NCBI GenBank assembly: GCA_025362975.1
Contig: JANYES010000011.1
Location: 65,581-129,580, forward strand
Length of the DNA stretch: 64,000 nt
Direction: 5' to 3'
DNA from: Alphaproteobacteria bacterium
GTDB taxonomy: Bacteria; Pseudomonadota; Alphaproteobacteria; Rickettsiales; SXRF01
Made by a program: the position numbers and the translations under genes. Shown piece by piece: positions 54,366 to 64,000 of the stretch. Each line of letters starts with the position of its first letter. Positions within the stretch are counted from its first letter, which is position 1. The notes beneath the pieces are model-generated. The model had not been told where the DNA came from. It made no database searches and saw nothing but the letters and a program-made list of their open reading frames with translations.

Positions 54366-56390
54366 TCAGCCTTCAAGCTCGTCGATGAAATCGGAAATGA
54401 TGTTCAGCCCCTGCTGCCAGAAATCCGGCTTGGTGGCATCTAAGCCGAAGGGTTTGAGCAGCTCTTGGTGGCGCAGCGTTCCGCCAGCTTCGAGCATGGC
54501 GATGTATTTTTTTTCGAAATCCGACACCGCGCCTTTTTCGTACACCGCATAGAGCGAGTTGACGAGGCAATCGCCGAACGCATAGGCGTACACGTAGAAC
54601 GGGGAATGGATGAAGTGCGGAATGTAGGCCCAGAAATATTTGTAATCACCGTGCAGGTTGATGGCGGGTCCGAGGCTTTCACCCTGTACTTCCATCCATA
54701 TCTGGCCGATGCGCTCGGCGGTCAGTTCGCCCGTGCGTCGTTCGCCGTGAACGCGTTTTTCGAATTCGCAGAATGCGATCTGGCGCACTACGGTATTGAG
54801 CATGTCTTCCACTTTAGAAGCGATCAGGCGCTTGCGGCGCTTGGGATCTTTTTCGCGGCGGATTATTTCGCGGAAGGTCAACTGCTCACCGAATACTGAC
54901 GCGGTTTCCGCGAGTGTCAGCGGCGTATCGCACAGCAGTGCGCCCTGCTTGGCCGATAACACCTGATGCACGCCGTGGCCCAGCTCATGGGCGAGCGTCA
55001 TCACGTCGCGGGATTTGCCTTGGAAATTCAGCAGCAGGTACGGGTGCACCGACGGCACCGTCGGGTGCGCGAACGCGCCCGGCGACTTGCCCGGCGTTAC
55101 CGGCACGTCGATCCAGTCGTTCATGAAAAAGCGGCTGCCCACCGACGCCAGCGTCGGCGAGAAATTGCCGTAAGCCGTCAGCACCAGTTCTTTGGAATCC
55201 TCCCACGTATACTCCCGGTCGGTATCTCCGGGAAGCGGGGCGTTGCGGTCCCAATAGTCTAGTTGTTTTTTGCCGAACCATTTGGCTTTCAGTGCGTAAT
55301 AACGGTGCGCGAGCTTGGGGTAGCTTTTGTTGACAGCCGAAAGCAGCGCATCCACTACTTCGTCTTCGATGTAGTTGCTGACGTTGCGTGAGGAAATCGG
55401 CTGCGCGAAACCGCGCCAGTTGTCTTCAATTTCTTTGTCTTTGGCGAGCGTATTAGTCACAAGCGTGAACAGGCCCGCATTTTCCTTCAGCACTTTGCCG
55501 ATGGAAAGGGCGGCGTATTTTCGCTCCGCGGGGATTTTGGACGACAGCATGTTGAACGCTTCGGCGGAAGTCACGGTTATCTTGCCGATGGGAAAGCGCA
55601 GATTGGCGATGGTTTCGTCGAATAAACGCATCCAGGCCGAGTGGCCAACGACGGATTTCTCGTGGAGCAGTTTTTCCACCTCGTCCGATAGCTGGTAGGG
55701 CTTGAAGCTGCGCACGTCGCGCAGCCACGCGACGTAATATCCCAGCGCAGGGTTGGCTAGCATGGATTGCAATTGTTTTTCGTCGATTTTATTGAGCGCC
55801 AGCGTGAAGAACAGGATGGCGGAGGACAGCACGGTGATTTTTTCCTGTGCATTCTGGTAAAACTGCGCGATGGCGGGGTCGAGCATATTTTTGGCGAAGC
55901 GAAGGCCTGCGTAGCTGCCGATTTTGCCGAACAGCTCCTGCATGGATTCATACTCGCGGATAGCTTTTGCCAACGCATCGGCGTCGAGCTTTTCCACCTT
56001 GCCTTCATAGGCCTCACGGAACTCGTTGCAGCATTTTTCCAGCTCTGTGTAATCGTGTTCGATCTGCGGAGAGTCGGGCGCGGGATAGAAATCGGTCAAA
56101 TCCCATTCGGGCAGGTTGGCTAGCAGATTGACTGGTTTTTTGATCGCTTTGACTGCGGGTTTTTTGACCAGTTTTTTTACGGGTTTCACAGCGGCCTTTT
56201 TAGCTGGCTTCGATGCAGTTTTTTTTACCAGTTTCGGCGCTGCTTTTTTCACCTTTTTGAGTACGGCTTTCTTCACCGGCTTTGTCGCCTTTTTCTTTGG
56301 AGCGGCCTTTTTGACTAGTTTTTTCGCCACCGCTTTTTTAGTGGCGGGTTTCTTGGCGGGACGGGATTTCAAGGCGGCTTTGGATTTCAT
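54366..56390 (-). CDS. pepF: Oligoendopeptidase F (M3B) with ~87-aa histone-H1-like Lys/Ala/Pro N-terminal tail
   Basis: Zinc motif TLAHELGHGVH. ...LPEWDLTDFYP... is a typical PepF N-terminus. It is preceded in frame by KKPATKKAVAKKLVKKAAPKKKATKPVKKAVLKKVKKAAPKLVKK.... There is no ATG between the tail and the PepF core. Confidence 0.85.
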   Translation of the reverse strand: MKSKAALKSRPAKKPATKKAVAKKLVKKAAPKKKATKPVKKAVLKKVKKAAPKLVKKTASKPAKKAAVKPVKKLVKKPAVKAIKKPVNLLANLPEWDLTDFYPAPDSPQIEHDYTELEKCCNEFREAYEGKVEKLDADALAKAIREYESMQELFGKIGSYAGLRFAKNMLDPAIAQFYQNAQEKITVLSSAILFFTLALNKIDEKQLQSMLANPALGYYVAWLRDVRSFKPYQLSDEVEKLLHEKSVVGHSAWMRLFDETIANLRFPIGKITVTSAEAFNMLSSKIPAERKYAALSIGKVLKENAGLFTLVTNTLAKDKEIEDNWRGFAQPISSRNVSNYIEDEVVDALLSAVNKSYPKLAHRYYALKAKWFGKKQLDYWDRNAPLPGDTDREYTWEDSKELVLTAYGNFSPTLASVGSRFFMNDWIDVPVTPGKSPGAFAHPTVPSVHPYLLLNFQGKSRDVMTLAHELGHGVHQVLSAKQGALLCDTPLTLAETASVFGEQLTFREIIRREKDPKRRKRLIASKVEDMLNTVVRQIAFCEFEKRVHGERRTGELTAERIGQIWMEVQGESLGPAINLHGDYKYFWAYIPHFIHSPFYVYAYAFGDCLVNSLYAVYEKGAVSDFEKKYIAMLEAGGTLRHQELLKPFGLDATKPDFWQQGLNIISDFIDELEG

Positions 56391-56416
56391 GGCTTACACT
56401 TTCCTGGGGGAATGAA

Positions 56417-57616
56417 TTAGGGCGCGATGGCGTTAGTGATGGCGGCAATGCCCGCGTCATGGGCGCTCACTGCGCCCAGCATCAGTTCGCCGCCCTTATC
56501 GCGCTTGACGTCGAAGCTGGTTTTTTCAAGGCCGTCCAGCGGGCGGCCGATGATTTTCGGCAGCGCGGCGGTGAGTTGATCGCGGGTCTGGTCGGAGATC
56601 AGGTCGCTGGCGAGGAAAGGTTTGAGATTGTCGATGGCGACATTAAGCTTAGCCGTCGGTGTGCTGTCAGCGGCGGTCACGGCGAGTTCGCCGGTAATCT
56701 TGATCGAGAAATCATCGCAGGCGATCAGCATACGATTGATCTTGCCATCGATATCGGTTTTTGGCAAGCCCAGCGGATTAATCAGCGATTGCGCACTGGT
56801 GTAGACGATATTGGACGTGAGACTACAGGTTTTAGCAGGGGCACCGCTGGCCTGATGGGTGTAATCCGACACGGTCAGCACGAAGGTGCCGGAAATCTTG
56901 CCCTGCCCATCTTCTTTCTCGGTGATGTTGTGATTGACCGCGCCGATGGTGGCTTTCTGCTCGGTGCCGGACTGCACGGTGATGTTGCGGATTTCGATGT
57001 TTTCTTCCTGCTCGTGTGCGGCATAATGACGTTTTATTTCGGCTTCCGGGCCTTGGTCGTAAGCCAACGCCAGCGCAGGTTTGGCTGGGTCTTCATTGGC
57101 CAACGTCACTTTGGGCGGGAAGCGGAACGTCGCCTGTTCGTTGATCTGCTGCTTGGGGTCGATGTTGCGGAAATAGCCAAAACGCATAGGAGTCGGGAAG
57201 CTTACGGTTGTTTTCTGACCGTTGAGCGTAAAGGTGAAGGGTTCGGCGAATTTGAAAATCATGCGGTTGGCGTTCAGCGGATCATGCGCCACGGTGATTT
57301 TGCTGGTATCGAGACTCCAGCCAGCATTGTCCGAGCCTTTCGGCGACATCACCAGATGCACGCCCTGCAGTACCACAAAACGCTCATAGCCGATGCCTTC
57401 GAGCTTCGCGGACGCATAGCTCACTTTGGCGTCAAGGCCGACGAGCGCGGCGTTTTTCGTGAGGTAATCACTGAATTCCACGAGTGCTGCGTCCACCTGA
57501 TCGGGTTTGACCGATGGCGTGCGCACAAACAGGATGCACGCCGCAACCCCCATCATCGCAAGAAAACCAAGGGAAGCGGGCCAGCTCGGTTTCTTTTTGG
57601 TGGAAAATCTAAGCAT
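56417..57616 (-). CDS. Membrane-anchored periplasmic hypothetical protein (possibly DUF2125-like)
   Basis: 399 aa. N-terminal anchor SLGFLAMMGVAACILFV, beta-rich remainder. The family assignment is a guess from size, architecture and lineage. Confidence 0.5.
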   Translation of the reverse strand: MLRFSTKKKPSWPASLGFLAMMGVAACILFVRTPSVKPDQVDAALVEFSDYLTKNAALVGLDAKVSYASAKLEGIGYERFVVLQGVHLVMSPKGSDNAGWSLDTSKITVAHDPLNANRMIFKFAEPFTFTLNGQKTTVSFPTPMRFGYFRNIDPKQQINEQATFRFPPKVTLANEDPAKPALALAYDQGPEAEIKRHYAAHEQEENIEIRNITVQSGTEQKATIGAVNHNITEKEDGQGKISGTFVLTVSDYTHQASGAPAKTCSLTSNIVYTSAQSLINPLGLPKTDIDGKINRMLIACDDFSIKITGELAVTAADSTPTAKLNVAIDNLKPFLASDLISDQTRDQLTAALPKIIGRPLDGLEKTSFDVKRDKGGELMLGAVSAHDAGIAAITNAIAP

Positions 57617-57712
57617 GGGTGTTACCTGTGTAAGAGCCTGTCAGGAAGCAAAAATCTGAAGGGCAATTATAGGCTATTCTGGCTGCGGTGCAACCAGTAT
57701 CAGGCGCGCGGA

Positions 57713-58051
57713 TTATTTCTTGTCGACCATCATATTGCGCGTTGCTGACGGCAGGGAAACCCTGAGTCCGTCAAGCGCGTCGGACATCATTATCTGGCAG
57801 CCTAGGCGCGAAGTGTGGGTCAGGCCGAAGGCGAGGTCGAGCATATCTTCTTCATCTTCGGTGGCGCCTTTGAGCTTATCGTACCATTCCTTATCGACGA
57901 TCACATGGCAAGTCGAGCATGCGAGCGAACCTTCACAGGCGCCTTCGAGCGCCACGGCGTTTTTATGCGCAGCTTCCAGCACGGAAATCCCGTTAGGCAC
58001 TTCCACCGTCAGCTCTTTATTGTCGGCTAACACGAACGTCATCTTAGGCAT
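57713..58051 (-). CDS. fdx: 2Fe-2S ferredoxin, adrenodoxin/ISC type
   Basis: 112 aa. ...[14 protein letters not shown]...(x)...SRLGCQI gives the Cys pattern C-x5-C-x2-C...C. Last gene of the isc operon. Confidence 0.9.
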   Translation of the reverse strand: MPKMTFVLADNKELTVEVPNGISVLEAAHKNAVALEGACEGSLACSTCHVIVDKEWYDKLKGATEDEEDMLDLAFGLTHTSRLGCQIMMSDALDGLRVSLPSATRNMMVDKK

Positions 58052-58065
58052 GGTAACTCCTCACT

Positions 58066-59931
58066 TTAACTGGCTTGGCCAGAGGTCGCTTTGTCAATAT
58101 GCGTCCCTTTTAGCGCAAGCGTTATGGCGCTGTCCATCCTTCTTTCGGCGAAGGCCTGGCTGATGCGGCCAAGCTCCTGCGTTTCCACGTCGATATAGTC
58201 GCGGTCTTCGCCGGAAATGGCATTGCGGACCACGTTCATCTGGCGTTCGAAGCGGGGTTTTTCTCCTTCGAGCAACAGGGTTTCGTCTTGTTTCATGACA
58301 GATTCAAGTTCTTCAATCAGCCTGCCCGCTTCGACTCGCGCTTCGACCAGCAGGCGCAGTGTGATGTCGGCGCGGGCGTTTTCCATGCTGGAGAGCAGCA
58401 TTTTTTCGATTTCTTCGGGGGCGAGGCCATAGGTCGGCTGGATGTCGACGACCTGTTTGACACCGGTGTGTTTTTCCTCGGCGGTGACGGTGAGCAACCC
58501 ATCGGCATCAACGGTGAACGTCACTTTGACGCGGGCGATACCAGCCGGCAGGGCCGGAATGCCGGTCAGTTCAAAGCGGCTTAGTGAACGATTATCGTCG
58601 ACCATTTCGCGCTCGCCTTGCACCACGTGGATTTTAAGGCCGGTCTGGCCGTCCTGATAGGTGGTGAATTCCTGGGATTCGGAAACGGGAATCGGCGTGT
58701 TGCGGTAAATTACCTTTTCGGCGATGCCGCCCATAATTTCAAGGCCGAGCGATAGCGGCAGCACGTCAAGCAATAGGTTATCCGAGCCTTCTGTCAGGCC
58801 TTGCGCCTGCAACGCTGCGCCGATGGCGACCACCTCGTCGGGGTTTACGTCGGTAAGCGGTTTTTTGCCGAAGAATTCCTGCACCAGATCGCGCACCAGC
58901 GGCACGCGCGTCGAGCCGCCTACCATTACCACGCCGTGGACATCCGTAATGCTCAGCTTCGCATCCACGAGCGCTTGCTCGCAGACGCTGATGGCACGGC
59001 CGACATAGGGCAGGATAAGCTCGTTAAACACGGTGCGTTCGAGCGTAATCGACGTACCCTTATAATTGATCGCGGCGGATTCCTGCGTGCTCAACTCATG
59101 TTTAGCTTTGGTTGCGTGCGCTACCAGTTCGGCGACTTCGCCCGGCGACATCGGGGCTTTAGCGAGACCGGCTTCGGTAAAAACCCATGCGGCGATGACC
59201 TGATCGAAATCGTCGCCGCCGAGCATGGTGTCGCCAGCGGTAGACAGAACTTGGAATAGGCCTTTTTCCAGCTTAAGCAGGGAAATATCGAACGTGCCGC
59301 CGCCCAGATCGAAGATGGCATAGATACCCTCCACCCCCTTGTCCAGGCCGTAAGCAAGAGCGGCAGCGGTGGGTTCATTGATAAGGCGCAGTACTTCGAG
59401 GCCGGCAAGGCGTGCGGCATCTTTGGTGGCGGTGCGGGCGGCGTCGTCGAAATAGGCGGGTACGGTGATAACGGCCTGATTAACTTCTTTGCCGAGGGCT
59501 TTTTCAGCCGAGAGTTTTAAATATTTCAGGATTTCGGCGGAGACTTCCACCGGGCTTATTTGCCGGTCGCCGAGTTTCAGGCGCACCATACCCCCGGTAC
59601 CCTGCACCACATCGTAGGGAAGATTGCCTAATACCGTTGCGATATCGTCGATGCCGCGGCCCATCAGGCGTTTGACGGAGGCTACGGTGCCTTTTTCGCC
59701 GGCATCGTGGCGCTTTTTGGCGGGATATCCTATCTCGGGTTCGCCTTGCGGCGGATAATAGACGACCGACGGCACCAACGCATGGCCGTGGATATTGTGT
59801 ACTACTTCAGCGTTCGCGCCGGAGGCGATGGCGACAACTGAATTGGTGGTGCCTAAGTCAATGCCCACGGCGGCTGAATTTTCATGCGGCAGCGGCGTTT
59901 CGCCGGGTTCGTAGATTTGCAGCAGGTTCAT
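58066..59931 (-). CDS. hscA: Fe-S cluster assembly chaperone HscA (Hsp70 type)
   Basis: From ATG 59931, overlapping the hscB TGA (ATGA). ...[14 protein letters not shown]..., [24 protein letters not shown]. 621 aa. Confidence 0.93.
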   Translation of the reverse strand: MNLLQIYEPGETPLPHENSAAVGIDLGTTNSVVAIASGANAEVVHNIHGHALVPSVVYYPPQGEPEIGYPAKKRHDAGEKGTVASVKRLMGRGIDDIATVLGNLPYDVVQGTGGMVRLKLGDRQISPVEVSAEILKYLKLSAEKALGKEVNQAVITVPAYFDDAARTATKDAARLAGLEVLRLINEPTAAALAYGLDKGVEGIYAIFDLGGGTFDISLLKLEKGLFQVLSTAGDTMLGGDDFDQVIAAWVFTEAGLAKAPMSPGEVAELVAHATKAKHELSTQESAAINYKGTSITLERTVFNELILPYVGRAISVCEQALVDAKLSITDVHGVVMVGGSTRVPLVRDLVQEFFGKKPLTDVNPDEVVAIGAALQAQGLTEGSDNLLLDVLPLSLGLEIMGGIAEKVIYRNTPIPVSESQEFTTYQDGQTGLKIHVVQGEREMVDDNRSLSRFELTGIPALPAGIARVKVTFTVDADGLLTVTAEEKHTGVKQVVDIQPTYGLAPEEIEKMLLSSMENARADITLRLLVEARVEAGRLIEELESVMKQDETLLLEGEKPRFERQMNVVRNAISGEDRDYIDVETQELGRISQAFAERRMDSAITLALKGTHIDKATSGQAS

Positions 59932-60434
59932 GATTTGACTTTCGGGCGGCGGATGGTAATCGCTTCGCGGGTTTTGAGGATGTAGCTCAGGCGCAGCGCG
60001 TCCTGAGCCATCAGTGACCAATCGTGGCTTTCGTAATACGTGGCGATGGCGTCGATAGTATGCATGGTGGCGGCGTTCAATGATTCTTCCAACTGCGTGA
60101 GTGCGTCTGCGGTGGCGGCCTCGTCGATTGCCTCGCGCCATTGCAGGGTTTGCATGAGCAGCGTCCGCGAGGGCTTCACCGTATCGCTTTCTGTGCCTAC
60201 CTCAATCCCCTGCAAATGCAACAGGTATTGTGCGCGCGACTGCGGTTTTTTCAGGGTTTCGTAGGCGGCGTTGATGTCTACGGAGCGTAAAAGCGCTTGC
60301 TGGCGTTCGGCGGGGGTTTTCTTGACGTAGCGGTCGGGATGGTAAAGGCGTTGCTGGATAAAATAGTCGTTTTCAAGGGCTTTGGCGTCAATTGTGAATG
60401 CCGGGTCAATGCCCAGCAGCTCGAAATAGTTCAT
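59928..60434 (-). CDS. hscB: Fe-S cluster co-chaperone HscB (J-type)
   Basis: From ATG 60434: [13 protein letters not shown]...LYHPDRY (HPD motif). 168 aa. Overlaps the iscA stop by 1 nt. Confidence 0.85.
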   Translation of the reverse strand: MNYFELLGIDPAFTIDAKALENDYFIQQRLYHPDRYVKKTPAERQQALLRSVDINAAYETLKKPQSRAQYLLHLQGIEVGTESDTVKPSRTLLMQTLQWREAIDEAATADALTQLEESLNAATMHTIDAIATYYESHDWSLMAQDALRLSYILKTREAITIRRPKVKS

Positions 60435-60769
60435 CACACATGGAAGCTTTCGCCGCAGCCGCAACGGCCTTTTTCGTTCGGGTTGCGGAAGACGAAGCCA
60501 CTTTTGAGCTTCTCTTCGACATAGTCCATTTCAGTGCCGATCAGGAACATCACGGCTTTGGGGTCGATCAGTACGCGGATACCGTTTTTTTCCACCACCT
60601 CGTCAAACTTGCTCACCTCGTCGGCATATTCCACCGCGTAGGACAGGCCCGAACAGCCGCGCGTGCGGACGCTGATCTTAATGCCTGCCGAAGGCTTGCC
60701 GCGCTTGCCCAGCAGTTGCTGGATACGCGCCAGAGCATTGTCAGAAATGGAAAGCAGCGGAGCGGGCAT
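60434..60769 (-). CDS. iscA: Iron-sulfur cluster insertion protein IscA/HesB family
   Basis: 111 aa. ...RTRGCSGLSY... and C-terminal ...CGCGESFHV. Confidence 0.9.
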   Translation of the reverse strand: MPAPLLSISDNALARIQQLLGKRGKPSAGIKISVRTRGCSGLSYAVEYADEVSKFDEVVEKNGIRVLIDPKAVMFLIGTEMDYVEEKLKSGFVFRNPNEKGRCGCGESFHV

Positions 60770-60774
60770 GAGGG

Positions 60775-61176
60775 TTACGCAGCATCTTTTGTTGCGCCGT
60801 GCTTGGCTTTGTAGTCTTCAATCGCCGCTTTGATGGCGTCTTCTGCGAGCACGGAACAGTGGATTTTAACGGGCGGCAGCGAGAGATGCTGGGCGATTTC
60901 GGTGTTTTTGATAGCTTTCGCTTCGTCGAGCGTTTTGCCTTTGACCCATTCGGTGACCAGCGACGACGACGCAATTGCCGAACCGCAGCCGAAGGTTTTG
61001 AATTTCGCGTCTTCAATCAGGCCGGTCTGTGCGTTCACTTTGATCTGGAGCTTCATCACGTCGCCGCAAGCCGGAGCGCCGACAAGGCCGGTGCCCACAT
61101 CGTCGTCTTCCTTGCCAAACGAGCCCACGTTGCGCGGGTTTTCGTAATGGTCGAGTAATTTTTCGCTGTATGCCAT
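60775..61176 (-). CDS. iscU: Fe-S cluster assembly scaffold IscU
   Basis: MAYSEKLLDHYENPRNVGS...GAPACGDVMKL...FKTFGCGSAIASSS...LPPVKIHCSVLAEDA. Confidence 0.95.
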   Translation of the reverse strand: MAYSEKLLDHYENPRNVGSFGKEDDDVGTGLVGAPACGDVMKLQIKVNAQTGLIEDAKFKTFGCGSAIASSSLVTEWVKGKTLDEAKAIKNTEIAQHLSLPPVKIHCSVLAEDAIKAAIEDYKAKHGATKDAA

Positions 61177-61211
61177 AAAACTATCCTTATTTTACTGTGC
61201 TTGCGCGTGGC

Positions 61212-62423
61212 TCAATGCTCCGCCCATTCGATCTTGGAAATATCGACGCCTTCCTGCACCATTTCCCATAACGGGCTCATCTGGCGGAGTTTATCGATGG
61301 AGTTTTTAATTAGGTTGATGGCGGTGTCCACCTCTTCTTCGGTGGTGAAACGCCCTACGCCGAAGCGGATGGAGGTATGTGCCATGTCTTCGGAAACGCC
61401 CAGTGAGCGAAGCACATAGGATGGCTCAAGCGAGGCGCTCGTGCAGGCGGAGCCGGATGACACGGCAAGGTCCTTGATCGCCATTATCATCGATTCGCCT
61501 TCGACATAGGCGAAGCTCAAATTGATGTTGCCCGGCCAGCGCTGGTCGCGGTCGCCGTTTAAGTATACATCTTTGACACCGTCGAGAAGTTGCGTGAGGA
61601 ATTTGTTGTACAACAGACGCGCATGTTCGGCGTCCTTGCCCATTTCGGCCTTGGCGATGGCAGCGGCTTCGCCGAGGCCTACGACCAGTGGGGTTGGCAG
61701 CGTGCCGGAACGGAAGCCTCTCTCCTGCCCGCCGCCTGAGAACAAGGCTTCAAGGCGGATGCGCGGACGGCGGCGAACATAGAGAGCGCCGATGCCTTTG
61801 GGGCCATAGATTTTATGGCCGGAGATGCTCATCAGGTCGATGTTCATCGCTTCGACGTCAAGCGGGATTTTGCCGAAGGCCTGTGCTGCGTCAGTGTGGA
61901 AAAATACGCCTTTTTCGCGGCAGATTTTGCCTATTTCAGCGAGAGGCTGGATGACGCCGATTTCATTGTTGACCGCCATGACGGACACGAGCAGGGTATT
62001 TTCCTTGATCGCGGCGCGTAGCACTTCCAGATCGATCAGGCCGTTTGACAGCACCGGCAAGTAGGTGACTTCGAAGCCTTCCTGTTCGAGGTGGCGCGCG
62101 GAATCGAGCACACATTTATGCTCTGTAACCGGTGTGATGATGTGGTTTTTCTTATCCTTGTAGAAATGCGCGACGCCTTTGAGCGCGATGTTGTTCGACT
62201 CGGTAGCGCCCGAGGTGAAAACGATTTCTTTTTCTGTGGCGCCAATCAGCGAGGCCACCTGTTCGCGGGCTAAATCCACCGCGGCTTCGGCTTCCCAGCC
62301 ATAGGCATGGCTGCGCGAATGCGGATTGCCGAATTTTCCGGTGAAATATGGCAGCATTTTTTCGAGGACGCGTGGGTCCATCGGAGTAGTTGCCTGATAG
62401 TCCAGGTAAATGGGTTGCTTCAT
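61212..62423 (-). CDS. iscS: Cysteine desulfurase IscS
   Basis: 403 aa. [14 protein letters not shown].... PLP lysine [12 protein letters not shown]. Active-site loop [17 protein letters not shown]. Confidence 0.95.
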   Translation of the reverse strand: MKQPIYLDYQATTPMDPRVLEKMLPYFTGKFGNPHSRSHAYGWEAEAAVDLAREQVASLIGATEKEIVFTSGATESNNIALKGVAHFYKDKKNHIITPVTEHKCVLDSARHLEQEGFEVTYLPVLSNGLIDLEVLRAAIKENTLLVSVMAVNNEIGVIQPLAEIGKICREKGVFFHTDAAQAFGKIPLDVEAMNIDLMSISGHKIYGPKGIGALYVRRRPRIRLEALFSGGGQERGFRSGTLPTPLVVGLGEAAAIAKAEMGKDAEHARLLYNKFLTQLLDGVKDVYLNGDRDQRWPGNINLSFAYVEGESMIMAIKDLAVSSGSACTSASLEPSYVLRSLGVSEDMAHTSIRFGVGRFTTEEEVDTAINLIKNSIDKLRQMSPLWEMVQEGVDISKIEWAEH

Positions 62424-62602
62424 AGCGCCACCTTGCAGGTCTTTTTATATTTTACAGGCGCTTATCCGTGCGCTTCTTACGGGGAATAGTACTTTAATAT
62501 AACCTAGCAAATTAATCAACTATTTCAAAGTGTGGGTTTAATATCCTATTTCCTTATCTTTATCAATCTTTATAAAACCTTAATACTAGATTTGCGTTTG
62601 AC

Positions 62603-62611
62603 TGGTATAAT
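62603..62611 (+). promoter_or_regulatory. Possible extended -10 promoter element (TGGTATAAT)
   Basis: TGnTATAAT match in an AT-rich divergent intergenic region, 41 nt upstream of ATG 62653 (AAGGTG SD at 62643-48). No properly spaced -35. Confidence 0.3.
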
Positions 62612-62652
62612 CCTAGAAATAGGCCCTGATTCAAACGTTTACAAGGTGTCGT

Positions 62653-63408
62653 ATGTCCGCTGATTTATCAAAGTATTACCGTGACGACCCTCATAATACG
62701 CCTGTCGGCGCGGACGGGGAACCTGTCGACGGCGGCCCTTGGGTGCGCGCAGGGTTTGCCGATGACAGCATGGACGGGCGTTACTGCGCGAATAATGGTA
62801 AGCTGGCGGTCGCCTCGGCGGCTGGGGATTGCCCTGAAGGTAAAGTGGCCGTGTACCTGACCCGGCCAACTGAATTGAACTATGAAATGCTTCAGAACGC
62901 GGGCTTTCGCAGCGATACGCTGTTCGTGCCGTTTTCCAATGGTGAAAACGATGAGAAGACCGTGCATCAAAACCAATTTTTTAACGAGCACTACAGCGCA
63001 CGCGATTTCCAGTCCAGCCACAACCTCGAAACCATCCTGCGTTTAACCAAAGTAACCGGCGCGCCATTTGTTGAAAAAGGCAGCACGCAGGAAGTCACCA
63101 TTCCGCAATTTACCGATCATACCATGTTCGACACGTTCAACCGCAGCCGCGGCATCTTGACCGTTATCGACGAGCAAGGTATCCAATATATCGGCAAAGA
63201 CGAACAGCACACGCGGGAGTTCCTCAAGGAAAAAGGCTTCCGCCATAATCCGAAAATTGACGTGCCGTTCGCCAAGGATGAAAAACCTTCTAAAAAACAG
63301 GAATTCATTGAGTTGCGGCCGTCGTTGACAACTGTTGTTGTGGATTTGCAAAGCACTATGGCCTACAGGCGAGGCGTAAAACCTTCCGGCGTGGGTATGG
63401 GCATTTAG
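62653..63408 (+). CDS. Hypothetical protein on the opposite strand between the two cysteine desulfurase genes
   Basis: 251 aa, no signal peptide or TM segment, no motif recognised. Its stop overlaps the stop of the convergent desulfurase gene by 4 nt. Confidence 0.5.
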   Translation: MSADLSKYYRDDPHNTPVGADGEPVDGGPWVRAGFADDSMDGRYCANNGKLAVASAAGDCPEGKVAVYLTRPTELNYEMLQNAGFRSDTLFVPFSNGENDEKTVHQNQFFNEHYSARDFQSSHNLETILRLTKVTGAPFVEKGSTQEVTIPQFTDHTMFDTFNRSRGILTVIDEQGIQYIGKDEQHTREFLKEKGFRHNPKIDVPFAKDEKPSKKQEFIELRPSLTTVVVDLQSTMAYRRGVKPSGVGMGI

Positions 63409-64000
63409 TTTTTCTTTAGCCGCTGGCTGGTCGCGCGCCAGATTTCCGTGAATGTCGTAATATCGCGCTGTGTGGTGGCCCAGCCAGCGCTGATGCGAAT
63501 CGCACTAGCGACAAGGCTTTTTTCTACGCCCATTGCATTCAACACATGCGAACCTTCGATACGACCTGAAGAGCAGGCGGAACCGGCGCTCACCGCATAT
63601 CCCTTCAAATCGAAATCCATCAGTTGCACTTCGTTCGATACGCCGGGCATGGCCACGCATGTGGTGTTGGGCAAGCGCGGCGCGGATTTACCGAATACGA
63701 CGCCGCCGATGGCCTCCGCTTCGCTTTCTATGAAGGCGAGCCAATGGCGGATTTGCAGGATATGCGCGCGATCTGCCGACAGCTCCACCCCTGCGGCAAA
63801 GCCGACAATCGCTGCCAGGTTTTCTGTGCCCGCGCGACGCCCTAGCTCCTGCCCGCCACCGGTCAGTAAAGGTGCAACAGCGAGATCGCGGCGCGCAATA
63901 AGCGCGGCAGCACCCAGTGGCCCGCCGCATTTATGGGCGGATAACGTCATCATATCCACGCCCAGCACGCCGAAATCCACCGGCATTTTGCCAAGCCCCT
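63405..64000 (-). CDS. Second cysteine desulfurase (NifS/IscS-like), C-terminal part; N-terminus lies beyond the window
   Basis: ...MTLSAHKCGGPLGAAALIAR (PLP Lys)...GTENLAAIVGF...AVSAGSACSSGRIEGSHVL (active-site Cys loop). The frame is open to the window edge. Confidence 0.85.
   Translation of the reverse strand, partial: GLGKMPVDFGVLGVDMMTLSAHKCGGPLGAAALIARRDLAVAPLLTGGGQELGRRAGTENLAAIVGFAAGVELSADRAHILQIRHWLAFIESEAEAIGGVVFGKSAPRLPNTTCVAMPGVSNEVQLMDFDLKGYAVSAGSACSSGRIEGSHVLNAMGVEKSLVASAIRISAGWATTQRDITTFTEIWRATSQRLKKN

Noticed and set aside
59932-60141. 70-aa Arg/His-rich N-terminal extension of hscA. Similar extensions appear in the ORF track for hscB, gltB, grxC, queF, lysE, lrp, COQ9 and the NTF2-like gene.
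   Set aside because: The extensions overlap the preceding gene, have junk-like composition, and are followed by an internal ATG with an SD or a stop-start overlap. That internal ATG gives the canonical conserved N-terminus.

Overview
This is a gene-dense 64-kb chromosomal segment, roughly mid-50s % GC by eye (not computed). The gene content looks alphaproteobacterial, but that assignment is inference only. It rests on COQ9-like and NDUFA9-like proteins, an adrenodoxin-type ferredoxin, an isc-hsc-fdx operon with two cysteine desulfurases, gltD-gltB order and pdhA/pdhB/pdhC/lpdA.

Recognisable core genes: rpmI-rplT, pheS/pheT, an AlkA-like glycosylase, purB, a HIT protein, YcgN, gltD/gltB, GST, queG, grxC, a PAS histidine kinase, the PDH complex genes, queF, a LysE/Lrp pair, coaD, gyrA, pepF and iscS-iscU-iscA-hscB-hscA-fdx. 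There are two tRNAs: CAU-anticodon Met/Ile2 at 9916-9990 (+) and His at 47034-47111 (-). I saw no rRNA, CRISPR array, transposase or integrase.

What stands out:
1. Conserved operons are repeatedly interrupted by unknown, tightly or translationally coupled ORFs. These are pheS-X-pheT, gltD-X-gltB, pdhB-X-pdhC, pdhC-X-lpdA, and above all a six-gene cassette of envelope and unknown proteins wedged between pdhA and pdhB (40413-43449).
2. The locus at 12.1-19.4 kb holds two 683-aa O-antigen-ligase/PglL-like paralogues, two tandem Cys/His-motif membrane paralogues, a TetR regulator and a 4-unit decaying tandem array of a 42-codon lipoprotein minigene.
3. There is an orphan CheD-like (Cys/His deamidase-like) fusion protein with no chemotaxis context.
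4. Smaller oddities include:
   - a GIY-YIG-like ORF 25 nt after a tRNA
   - PepF with a histone-H1-like Lys/Ala tail
   - a long orphan prepilin
   - a gene split at a G5 run
   - a 13-bp x4 repeat carrying two stop codons
   - a REP/MITE-like palindromic element
   - a telomere-like G4 motif next to tRNA-His

All functional calls come from motif recognition by eye. No searches were run.
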